Part shown: positions 52,763 to 64,000 of the stretch, piece after piece | Layout: each line of letters opens with the position of its first letter | How positions within the stretch are numbered: position 1 is the first letter of the stretch | Source of the DNA: Chiloscyllium plagiosum | Lineage: Eukaryota | Length of the DNA: 64,000 nucleotides | Assembly: GCF_004010195.1 (NCBI RefSeq) | Contig: NC_057752.1 | Coordinates: forward strand, 15,833,348 to 15,897,347 | Direction of reading: 5' to 3' | The notes under the pieces: model-generated | The model's database searches: none | The model's input: the letters and a program-made list of their open reading frames with translations, nothing else | Told to the model about the DNA's origin: nothing | Program-made: the position numbers and the translations under genes

Positions 52763-55700
52763 CTGCACAAAACATGACATACATTTGTCTTGGTCTAACA
52801 TACTTAGGCAGCAATATCAAAAGTCTCGAATGTTGCCCAACACATAGGTCCTTTTGTATCTCTGGAAAGGCGCAGCAGGTCAGGCAGCATCCAGGGAACA
52901 GGAGAATCGACGTTTCGGGCATAAGCCCTTCTTCAGGAGAAGGGCTTATGCCCGAAACGTCGATTCTCCTGTTCCCTGGTTTCCTGAAGAAGGGCTTATC
53001 CCCGAAACGTCGATTCTCCTGTTCCCTGGATGCTGCCTGACCTGCTGCGCCTTTCCAGCAACACATTTCCAGCTCTGATCTCCAGCATCTGCAGACCTCA
53101 CTTTCTCCTTTTGTATCTCTACCTCATTTTCATTCAGGCAAATATTTTAACTACTACTGTAATTTGCTCTTTTTCTTCTGGCAATGAGAAGTGGGGTTGG
53201 GCAATGAGCGAGGTAGCTGGGTTGAAGGACCTTGAAATATTTAATATGGTTACAAAGATTAGATATGTATAATTTGTTGTTGTCTGGTCACTCAAAGTGA
53301 CAATGAGAGTCAGCAAGATAATAAGTCTACACACTCTCTGGTAGAGGCAACCAGATAGCAACATTTAATAGCTTGTCCTCATTACCCTTGGGCACCAAGT
53401 CATACAGGGGAAAAGCCCATCGAGTTTGCATCTACCTAATTTAATGCAATGATACAATAGTGGGATTTGGGGGGTCCTTCAGCTAATTATTTTGTCATCA
53501 ACAGGAAAATTCACAGTGGAGAAGAATAATAGGTACCCAATGGTGATCCTCAGTGGCTTGATTGGAAATGCCTCAAACTATCCAACTCCTAACCCCTTGG
53601 ATCAAGCAAAGTTTTGCAGATGCTGGAGTTATGAAACAAAAACAAACAAAAATTGCTGGGGAAACTGCAGACTCGCTAGTTTTTCTAACAATTTCTGTTT
53701 ATGTTCCTAACCCTTTGCCCTGCAGGGTGGATTGAATCCAGGCAAATTAAGGAAGTGCTGCACTATTAGGTGTTATCTTTTATGAGAGATGTTGATAGTT
53801 CATGGCACCATTGGAAAAATAGGACAGGATCTTCACCAACATTTAATAAAGAATGTCCAATAGATCTACTTAGATTTTCAGGAGACATTTTCATTATGTA
53901 TCCCAAGAATAAAAAGTCAGGTAGAAGGTTGAAGAGAAAATTGAGCAGCGTATTCAAAAAGGAAGACAGCCTTGTAATTATGGTGATGGTTCCCCAAGAC
54001 CTTTATTAGAGTGCAATGGGAGAAGGATTCAAACATTCACTTCCCTACAGATACTTAAACATGTAAGATCAGTGCTTACAATTTAGAAATAAAGAAAATA
54101 TTGAGGCCAGTTATTGTACTGGATACGGTTTTAATTAAAACCCAACATCAAAAGTAACAGATAGTATGGGATTATTCCAGGATGATGCTGCTAATGAGAA
54201 ACAATAGCTATAAAGGGCAACTGGTGGAATGAAGAAGGCCAGGAGATGTTTGTTAATTATTTGTTGACAGAATGGACAGAGAAAGACCACTGGCAAGTCA
54301 GTGACCAAGGGCCAAATTGGAATTGCAATTAAACTTGAATAGAGTATTAGGAAAATTATTGCATTATTGGAAATGTTTCTTGTTGGTCATGGTACATCAG
54401 CATCAAATGGTCTGAAGCAGCATTTTTTGCCAATCCCTTTTTGTCCTGATCAGCTGGCAAAGCCACTTCAGAGGGCAGTTATGGGTCAGCACTATTGCTG
54501 TGGGTCTGGAGTGACATCTAGATGAGCAGATTCACTTTCCTAAAGGGCATCAGTGAACCAGATAGGCTTTTATGATTGACTGTGGTTACACCATGGTCAC
54601 CATTAGAAGCAGCTTTTAATTCCCGATTTTATTTTTATTGAATTCAAATTTCATTATCTGACATGCTGGGTTTCAAAGTCATGTCCGACCAACATTAGAA
54701 CTCTTAATGACCAATCTAGTGATGTGGTGACCTCTTCTGATCTCCTTCCACACCGTGACTATCTAGGATTCTATCAGTAGTCAGCTCGACAGTGCTATTC
54801 TTTAAAGAGAGAACTACCAGGATTTGAAATAGAGACCAGACATGGTAAATGTTGATAGTGCCTTTGTAACTGGAAAACTATTTCCAGTGGGATGTTTGCA
54901 GACAACACAAAACCTTGCTGCTTAGTTAGTCATAAAAATGGCCGGAGACTGCTGCAAGATGTCAATGAATCAGTCATATGGGTAGAAAAGTGACACATTG
55001 AATTAATCTGATGAAGTGGGAGGGGAGAGATGCATTAGGGGAGGTCAAACAAGGCTAATGGAACACAATTAATGGGAAAATCAGTCATTGTACACTGAGG
55101 GGACATGATGACTTTGTCGTATTATCACTAGACTATTAATCAGAGACTGAGATAATGTTCTGGGGACCTGAGTTTGAATCCAGCTGTAGCAGTGAAATTT
55201 GAATTCATTTGGGAGTGGCACAGTGTCTGAGTGGTTAGCACTGCCTCACATCTCCAGGAACCCACGTTCGATTCCAACTTGGGTGACTGTGGAGTTGCAC
55301 ATTCTCCCCGTGTCTGCATGGGTTTCCTCCGAGTGCTCTTGTTTCCTTCCACAATCCAAAGATGTGCAGTTTAGGGTGGATTAGCAATGGGAAATTGTCT
55401 CATAGTGTTCTGGGATGTGCAGGTTAGGATGGATTGGCCATGAGAAATTGTCATTTCAGGCAAAAGCCCTTCATGAAGGGCTTTTGCCCGAAATGTTGAT
55501 TTTCTTGCTCCTTGGATGCTGCCTGACTGACTGTGCTTTACCAACAACACACTCTTGGCTCTAATCTCCAGCATCTGCAGTACTCACTTTCGACATGAGA
55601 AATTGTCCCCTAGTGTCCAGGTATGTGTAGGTTAGGGTGGATTGCCCAGGGGCAAATATAGGATATTAGGGTAGGGGAATGGGTCTGGGTGGGTTACTGT

Positions 55701-57057
55701 TTGGAAGGTTGGTGTGGACTTGTTGGGCCAAAGGGTCTGTTTCCACACTATAGGGGATTCTATGAAATGAAGGATCTTCCTTTGAGTCAGAGTCATACAG
55801 CATGGTAGGAGCCTGTGAAGGAGTGAGGATTGAAGGAAATTTGGTGTGTACGTCTGTAGGTCCTTGAGGACAACAAGGAAGGTTGATAGGGCGATTAAGA
55901 AAGCTACGGGATAGTTACCTTTATTAGTTGAGGCATAGAATACAAGAGCCGGAGGTTATGATGGATCTGAATATAACATTAGTAAGGCCACCACTGCAAT
56001 ACAGTTTCAGGTGCCACACCAAAGGAAATGTGTGATTGCATTAGTCAAGATGCAGAGGAGATTGGCCAGGATGTAACCTGAGTTGGAGTGACTCAACTAC
56101 GAACAGCAAGTGACAGTTGTTTGCGTTAAAGTAGAAAAACCTGAGGGGGATCCAATTGAGGTATACAAAATTGAGGGTTATAGATAGAGTAAATAGAAAG
56201 AAATTTCTCCCTATAATATGGACTTCAATAACCAGGGCCATAGATTGAAGGTAAAGGGCAGGAAGTTTAGCGAAGAAAGAATTTTTAAAAAACGCACAGG
56301 TTGGTGAATATCCAGAGCTCATTGTCTGAAAGGGTGACAGAGACAGAAACCATTACTACAGTCAATTGGTTAGATGAACAATTGAAATGCTGCAGCATAC
56401 AATGCTGGAAAATGGGACTAGGTTGGTTGGATACTTGTGACTGGCACAGACATGATATGCCAATGGGCCTCTTTGCATGTCACATAGCTGAGAAAAATGT
56501 GACAGGCTGAGGGTCTTCAATTGGGAAGAGAGAGGCAGACGGCCGGATTGATTGAGGTGTGCAAAAGTGTCAGGGGTGTGGACAGAGTGGATGGGGAAGG
56601 CACTGTTTCCCCCTAGCAGGGGGCTCAGTAACTGGGGTGGGAGGGAGCGAGGGAGAGAAGCACAGATTTGAAAGTGACTGATAGAAAGAATACAGCAGAC
56701 ATGAGGAATTTTTGAATTCAGAGGATGTTCAGCAGCTGGAACTCAGTGCATGAAATAGCTGCAGGGTCTGAAATCAATTTAAAAAGGCATCAGGACATGA
56801 CCCTTGAGCCCTGTAACTTGCAGCGGGAAGTGGGATCAGGCTGCTCTTTCAGCTAGTACAGACCCAATGGGCAGAGTGGCCTCTTTCTGCACCATAACTT
56901 TGACTCTAATGGCTATGGAGACCAAGAAGGTCCAACAGACAAAATGACCTATCTCTGATGGAGCTGTGGAAGCATGTATTGCCTATTACTTTCTCCAAAT
57001 TTTCAAAGTTAAAAATCACACTAGACCAGGTTACAGTGCAACAGATTTATTCGGGAA

Positions 57058-57093
57058 CATTAGCTTTCGGAGCACTGCTCCTTCATCAGGTGG
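57058..57093 (-). ncRNA. Minimal hammerhead ribozyme motif inside a short PLE-derived palindrome (57008-57190)
   Basis: Reverse complement reads ccac-CUGAUGA-a-GGAGC(agu)GCUCC-GAAA-GC-UA-aug, with a perfect stem II. Confidence 0.65.
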
Positions 57094-57229
57094 TTTGCTC
57101 GGAAAGCTAATGATTCCAAATAAACCTATTGGACTATAACCTGGTATTGTGTGATTTTTAACTTTATCCACCCCAATCCAACACTGGCTCCTCTCTCCCC
57201 AATCAATTATCAGTGCCTTCATTCAGAGG

Positions 57230-58072
57230 GTCTCCTTCCTATTGGAGAGATGTTGTGAAACTTGAAAGGGTTCAGAAAAGATTTACAAGATGTTGCCAGG
57301 GTTGGAGGATCTGAGCTACAGGGAGAGGCTGAACAGGCTGGGGCTGTTTCCCCTGGAGCGTCAGAGGCTGAGAGGTGAATTTTAGATTAGATTAGATTAC
57401 AGTGTGGAAACAGGCCCTTCGGCCCAACAAGTCCACACCGACCCGCCGAAGCGAAACCCACCCATACCCCTACATTTACCCCTTATCTAACACTACGGGC
57501 AATTTAGTATGGCCAATTCACCTGACCCTGCACATCTTTGGACTGTGGGAGGAAACCGGAGCACCCGGAGGAAACCCACGCAGACACGGGGAGAACGTGC
57601 AAACTCCACACAGTCAGTCGCCTGAGGCGGGAATTGAACCCGGGTCTCTGGCACTGTGAGGCAGTAGTGCTAACCACTGTGCCACCGTGCCGCCCACTAA
57701 TAGAACTTATAGAGGTTTACAAAATCATGAGGGGCACAGATAGGATAAATAGATAAAGTATTTTCCCTGGGGTGGGGGAGTCCAGAACTAGAGGTTTAAT
57801 ATGAGAGTGGAAAGATATAAAAGAGACTGAAGGGGCAATTTTTCATGCAGAGGGTGGTGTGTGTATGGAATGAGCTGCCGGAGGAAGTGGTGGAGGCTGT
57901 TACAATTGCAATATTTAAAAAGCATCCGAATGGGTATATGAATAGAAAGGGTTTGGAGGGATATGGACCGGGTGCTGGCAGATGGGACTAGATTGGGTTG
58001 GGATATCTGGTCGGCATGGACGGGTTGGACCGAAGGGTCTGTTTCCGTGCTGTACATCTCTATGACTCTATG
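57230..58072 (+). mobile_element. CR1/HER1-type LINE 3' end split by a SINE (57381-57696)
   Basis: The LINE sequence stops at ...aggctgagaggtga and resumes at cttatagaggtttacaaaatcatg; tail ctctatgactctatg. Confidence 0.85.
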
Positions 58073-58845
58073 AGAGAAATGTGTGCGAAACAGCATCTTT
58101 ATTCTAACCAGTGAGATCATTACATCTTTTGAACATGTGGAAGTCCGAGTTTTCTGAATGTAGAGATTGCTGTGTGGTTCAGAAGTTCGTCACCAAAGTT
58201 CGCACGCACACACACAGCGTTCCCTATGAATTCTGTCCACACTGACTCTCAGCAATAGGAGTTACACACCGAGAGCCGCCAGTGTACTGCCCAGAGTCTG
58301 CTACAATTCAGAGAAAATGAGATCTGCAGATGCTGGAAATCAGAGTCAAAAATGGTGGCGCTGGAAAAACACAGGCGGTTAGGCAGCATCTGAAGAGCTT
58401 GTGCTTCTCCAGCGCCACACTTCTTGAATCTGCTACAATTCGCAGCTCCCTCCGTGCTCAGGCCCAACATGTCAGCAGCAGGGGATTGAGCTGTGCCCAA
58501 TACAGGGCTGAGCCGGCAGGGGTTAGGGAGGGGATGGGAGCAGCAGGATGCTCCGCTGCTGTTCTCAGTTTGATCCAGGTAAAGCCCAATAAACTCCAGC
58601 AGGACAACAGAGGTATTATTTGCCAGACTAACACATCCAACCGCATCCTCATATCCACAGAATACAGCTATTCGGCCCATCGTGACTATGCCGTCCCTTT
58701 CAAACAGCCGAGGCAGTTGGAAGAGGAGGTTCATTTTTCCGAACCCTCTTTTGAAAGTACCTGCTTCCCGTCGGGAGCCGTGTTGTGTGGGCACCCACCT
58801 GGATCCGGTTTTCAGCCTCCGAGCCCGGTGGTCACTGCCCCTTAC

Positions 58846-59020
58846 CTGAATTCCAAGGCTCGCCCTCCACACGTTGGCGTGGACTTTCCAAGAAGTCTCT
58901 CTGGGTGACGGGAGTCTGGCCACAGCTGAAGGCACCCTTCCTTTGGTAACCGAAGCAGCAATCCTCCATCTTCGCAGATGGCTTGGTTTGGAAGTGGAAA
59001 TTCAGAGAAAGTTGGTCCAT
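58846..59020 (-). CDS. Predicted first coding exon of the homeobox gene
   Basis: ATG at 59020, with a second ATG in stronger context (aagATGG) 17 codons later. Frame MDQLSLNFHFQTKPSAKMEDCCFGYQRKGAFSCGQTPVTQRDFLESPRQRVEGEPWNS ends at a strong phase-1 donor TCA G|gtaagg. Lies in a unique, locally CpG-richer island. Confidence 0.6.
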
Positions 59021-62000
59021 GCAGCGGTCTTGGACAACAGAGAAAGAAGCAGAAATTCTCCCAGTGCAGTTAACTCCCCATTCCCCAGCCTCCTGTGGCG
59101 ATCAACTCGGACGATGTGTGAATTAGACGCTAATTACAGCTTTAGTCATGGAAATCTGTTTGGGCATTCCATGGACAACGGAATCGTCAATTTACAGCGA
59201 AACTGCCATCCTACATTTGCGAGATAATTCATTAATTATTCGATCTCAAGGAAGGTTTAAATCACAGCAGACTGTTTCTCAGCAAGTGACATAGCGACTG
59301 GAAAACCATTTCCGGCAGAGAATGGGTGGGGGAGCCTGTGGCAATCTCCGCCACAGAAAGTGGAAGAGGCCAAAGCATTTAATGTTTTCAATGAGGATTA
59401 ATGTTAATGATTTAGACGAAGGAACTGAATGTAATATTTCCAAGTGTGCAGATGACACACAGCTGGTGGGAGGGTGAACTATGAGGAGGATGCAGAGAGT
59501 TTGCAGTGTGATTTGGACTGGCTGAGTGAGGGGGCAAATGCATGACCATACGAGGATAGGCGAAAGTGAAGACTGCAAATGCTGGATCAGGATGGAGGGC
59601 TTTTGCCTGAAACGTCGATTTTCCTGGTCCCTGGATGCTACCTGACCTGCTGTGCTTTTCCAGCACTGCTGTAATCTAGACTCTGGTTTCCAGTATCTGC
59701 AGGCCTCACTTTCGCCTAGTTGATTTTAACCTTACTGCGAATCCTCTTACAAGGATGCCTACCATACAAGTGTAGACCATTCAGCCCATAAAGCCGGTTC
59801 CATCATTCAATGAGATCATGGCTGGTCTGTGGCCTAACTCCACATAACTACCTTTGGTCCATACCCCTTAATACTTTTGCTTAACAAAAATCTATCTCAG
59901 GTTTAAAGTGAAGAACTAATCTAGCATCCACTGCTGTTTGTGAAACAGAGTTCCAAACCTCTATCATCCTTCGTATATAGATGCACTTTCCAATATCCCT
60001 GCTGAATAATCAGGGCGGCACAGTGGTTAGCACTGCTGCCTCACAGTGCCAGGGACCCAGGTTGAATTCCCAACTTGGGCAACTGTCTGTGTGGAGTTTG
60101 CACATTCTCCCCGTGTCTGCATGGGTTTCCTCCAGGCACTCTGGTTTCCTCCCACACAGGTTAATTGGCCATTTTAAATTGCCCATAGTGTTAGGTGCAT
60201 TAGTCAGAGGGAAGTGGGTTACTCTTCAGAGGGTCGGTGTGGACTGGTTGGGCCGAAGTGCATGTTTCCACACTGTAGGGAATCTAATCTAATCTAAGTC
60301 TCAGATCCTTGTTCTAGAGTCCCCTACCAGTGGGAATAGTTTATCTTTATGTGGGCGAAAGTGAGTTTTGCAAATGCTGGAGAGTGTGGTGCTGGAAAAG
60401 CACAGTAGGTCAGGCAGCACCTGAGGAGCAGGACAATCAACATTTCGGGCAAAAGCCCTTCATCAGGAATGAGGCTGACAGGTCATGAGAACAGAACTGA
60501 GCTGGAAGGTTGGAACTGGGGTTGGGTGGGGGGAGACGAAATGATGAAACTGATGAAATCCACATTGGTGCCCTGGGATTGGAGGGTCCTGAGACAGAAG
60601 ATGAGGCGTTCTTCCTCCAGGCGCCGGGTGATAAGAGAGAGGTAATGGAGGAGGCCCAGGACCTGCATGTCCTCGGCAGAGTAGGAGAAGGAGTTAAAGT
60701 GTTTGGCCACAGGGCAGTGGGGTTGATTGGTCTGGATGTCCTGGAAATGTTCTTTGATGTTTATCTTTATGCACCCTGGCTTTTCCTGTTAATGGGGATA
60801 AATGTGATGTCATTCACTTTAGTAGCAAAAATAATAAGGTAGATAATTATTTGAGAGAAGAGAACACGGGTCAACATGGTGGCTCAGTGGTTAGTACTGC
60901 TGCCTCACAGCACCAGGGACTTGGGTTCAATTCCAGCCTTAGTGTTCAGGGATATGTAGTCAGGAGTAAATGTAGGATAGGAGAAATGGGTCTGGGTGGA
61001 CTTGTTGGGCTGAATAGCCTGTTTCCACACTGTAGGAATTCTATTAAAAAAAATTCTATCAACAAGACCTGAGTATCCTCATTGTCAAAGGTGCAGCAGG
61101 CAGTAAAGAAGGCAGACTATGCTGGCCTTCTTAGCAAGAGGATTCAAGTACAGGAACAAGGATATCTTGCTGCAGTTATGCACAGAACTGGTGAGGTCAC
61201 GCCTGGATACTGTGTGCAGTTGTGGTCTCCTTTACCTGAGGATGGACGCTCTTGCTGTCGAGGGAATGCAGCAAAGGTTTACCAAATTGATTCCTGGGAT
61301 GGCAGGACTGACAGATGAGAAGAGGTTAAGTCGATTAGGATTGTATTCGTTGGAGGTCAGAACAATGAGGGCAATCTCATTAAAACCAGTAAAGTTCTAA
61401 TAGGACTCGACAGGTTAGATGTGAGGTTATTCCTGACAGTGGCGGTGGTGGTGGTGGCGGGGGGATTCCAGAATTGGTGGTCATAATTCATGGATAAGGG
61501 GTAAACTTATCAGAAGTGAAGAGAATTTCCTTCACCCAGAATGCTAAGCCTGTGGAATTCACTACCACAGAAGATGGTTGATACCAAATTATTGAGTTTT
61601 CAAGAAGGAGGTAGATATCATTCCTGTGGCTAAAGTGATATGGGGAGCTGGGGTAGGATTAGGGTATTGAGTTCGATGATCTTTAGAAGAAAAATCATTT
61701 GTGGGATGTGAGTGATTCTGGCTGGCCAGTACTTATTGCCTGTCCCTAGTTGCCCTTGAAAATGTGGTGATCAGTTGACTTCCTGAACTGCTGCAGTCCA
61801 CCTGTTGTGGGTGACGTGTAATGCCATTAGGGAGGGAATTCCAGGATCCTGACCCAGCAACAGTGAAAGAACAGCCATATATTTCCAAGTTAGGATAGTG
61901 CAGGGGATGGTGTTCCCACGTATCAGCTGCCCTTGTCTTTCTGGAAGAGGTTGTGGGCTTATAAAATGCGTATGAAGATCTTTGGTAAATTTCTGGAAAG

Positions 62001-62934
62001 TGCCTTGTAAATAGTACACACTGCTGCTATTGAGCGTCAGTGCAAAGCAAGTGGGTTACTTTGGTCTGGGTGATATCAAACTTCTCAAGTATTGTTGGGG
62101 CTGCACTCATCCAGGCAAGGGGGGGATATTCCATCACACTCCTGGCTTGTGCCTTGTAGATAGTGGACAGGCTTTGGGGAATCAGGTTACTCCTGGGAAT
62201 ACTCACCACATTATTCATAAAATCATAGTGGGGGGCGGGCGGGGGGAAGCATGGTGGCTCTGTGGTTAGACTGCTGCCTCAGAGCGCCAGGAACCCTGGT
62301 TCAATTCCAGCCTCAGTGTCTGTGTGGAGTTTGCACATTCACCTGTGTCTGCGTGGGTTTCCTCCAGGTGCTCCAGTTTCCTCCCACAATCCAAAGATGT
62401 GCTGACTCAGTGGATTGACTGCGCTAAATTGCCCACAGTGTTCAGAGATGCATAGGTTAGGTGCATTAGTCAGGGGTAAATGTAGAGTAATGGGGATTGG
62501 GTTTGTGTGGGATGCTCTTCGGAGGGTCGGTGTGGACTTGTTGGGCCAAGGGCCTGTTTCCACACTGTAGGGATTCTAAGATTCTAAGCTGTACAGAATG
62601 GAAACAGACCCTTCGGTCCAACTTGCCCATGCTGACCAGATATCTTAAATTAATCTAATTCTATTTACTAACATTTGGCCCATATCCCTTTTCCTAGCCT
62701 GCTGTTGTAGTGACTGTATTTACGTGATCAGTCCAGTTGGGTTTCTGGTCAACAATAATCCCAGGATGTTTGATAGTGGGGAATTCAATGATGGGAACAC
62801 CATTGAATACCAAAGGGTGTGGGGTGATTAGATTATTGGTGATATGGATATTGATCATATCTTGTTACATTTGACATGGACTGCTTCATGAATACTGTGC
62901 AATTATTGGTGAACGAACACGCCTGCTTCTGAAT

Positions 62935-64000
62935 TTATTGTGTCTCGGTATTGTGTACCGAGGCACAGTGAAAAGCTTTGTCTTGCGAGCAATACAGGCA
63001 GATCACAGAATTAAGTAGCATAGAAAAGGAAATAATAGATAAATAGTGACAAAAACAAAAACACAGGTACAGGCGAATGTTAAGAGTTTGAGAGTCCATT
63101 CAGTATTCTAACAACAGTTGGGTAGAAACTGTCTTGAAACCGGCTGGTGCATGTGTTCAGGCTTCTGTACCTTCTCCCCGATGGTAGAGGTTGCAGAAAA
63201 ACATTGCCAGGGTGGGATGGATCTTTGAGAATGCTGGCAGCCTTTCCTTGACAGCGGGCCTGGTAGATGGATTCTATAGATGGGAGGTTGGCCTTTGTGA
63301 TTGTCCGGGCCGAGTTCACCACTCTCTGTAACCGTCTCTGATCTTGAATGGTACAGTTGCCGTACCAGGTAGTGATATATCCAGGCATAGGTGCGACATT
63401 GAGAGCATTCTAAAAGTTGTCGACGGTATTTGCCGTCATGCCAAATTTCCTCAGCTGCCGAAGGAAGAGACGTTGTTGGGCCTTTGTAGCAGTGTGTCCA
63501 CATGAAGAGTCCAAGAAAGCTTGTTGTGGATGACCACTCCCCAGAGCTTGACATTCCCCACTTGTTCCACCTCTGTGCTGTTAATGTGTAGTGGGGGGGG
63601 GCATGAGTAACATCCTGTCGAAAGTCAATAATGAGTTCCTTGGTTTTGCTGGCATTGAGAGCTAGGTTGTTCTCAGTGCACCATTTTTCCAGGTCTTCCA
63701 CCTCCCGTCAGTAGTCTGTTTTGTTGCCATCTGAGATTCGACCGACTATGTCAGCGAACTTGTAAATGGCATTAGTCTAGCATTTGGCGACGCAGTCATG
63801 GGTAATCAGTGAGTACAATAGGGGACTGAATACGCACCCCTGGGGGGACTCCAATGTTGAGTGTTAGTGAGGATGAAATAGTGTCCCTAATCTTCACTGA
63901 TTGTGGCCTGTGGGTCAGGAAACTGAGGATCCAGTTGCGGAGAGTGGGGCTTAGTCCGAGATCACTAAGTTTAGTAATCAGTTTCAAGGGGATAATAGTG
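62935..64000 (-). mobile_element. Rex1/Babar-type LINE 3' portion (runs off the window)
   Basis: [42 protein letters not shown]...LQRVVNSA...ILKDPSHP. Confidence 0.85.

Noticed and set aside
58249..58935. Long overlapping ORFs (228 aa on -, 192 aa on +)
   Set aside because: No recognisable domain; both run through a hairpin repeat insertion in GC-richer sequence. The strong donor at 58846 explains the region better as exon plus intron.

Overview
Eukaryotic genomic DNA, very likely from a shark (cartilaginous fish), inferred from HE1/V-SINE-type SINEs with CR1/HER1-type tails. Most of it is transposon-derived and it has four N-gaps. Two genes can be supported. (1) PSMB6 (constitutive proteasome beta1) on +: coding exons 2-6 at 3510-3577, 5015-5146, 17485-17614, 19723-19867 and 31977-32104, all with GT-AG sites and consistent phase. 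They encode the 200-aa mature subunit from catalytic Thr1; exon 1 was not found and is presumably upstream of the window. (2) A convergent, minus-strand ANTP/NK-like homeobox gene that resembles NANOG most among the families I can recall. I reconstruct it by eye from three phase-compatible exons (59020-58846, 52762-52634, 50593-50340). The exon for recognition helix 3 is not visible and may lie in an exactly 500-N scaffold gap (44908-45407). That gap also makes the linkage to PSMB6 provisional. The repeats include a full-length L1-clade LINE with a 12-bp TSD and a YY1-like 5' motif, several Penelope-like families whose terminal repeats carry minimal hammerhead-ribozyme motifs, TSD-flanked hairpin mini-insertions, solo LTRs, CR1 and Rex1/Babar-type LINEs, and a telomeric-repeat insertion with a 10-bp duplication. 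Repeat boundaries are approximate unless a TSD is quoted. Family names and comparisons to human sequences are from memory, not from searches.
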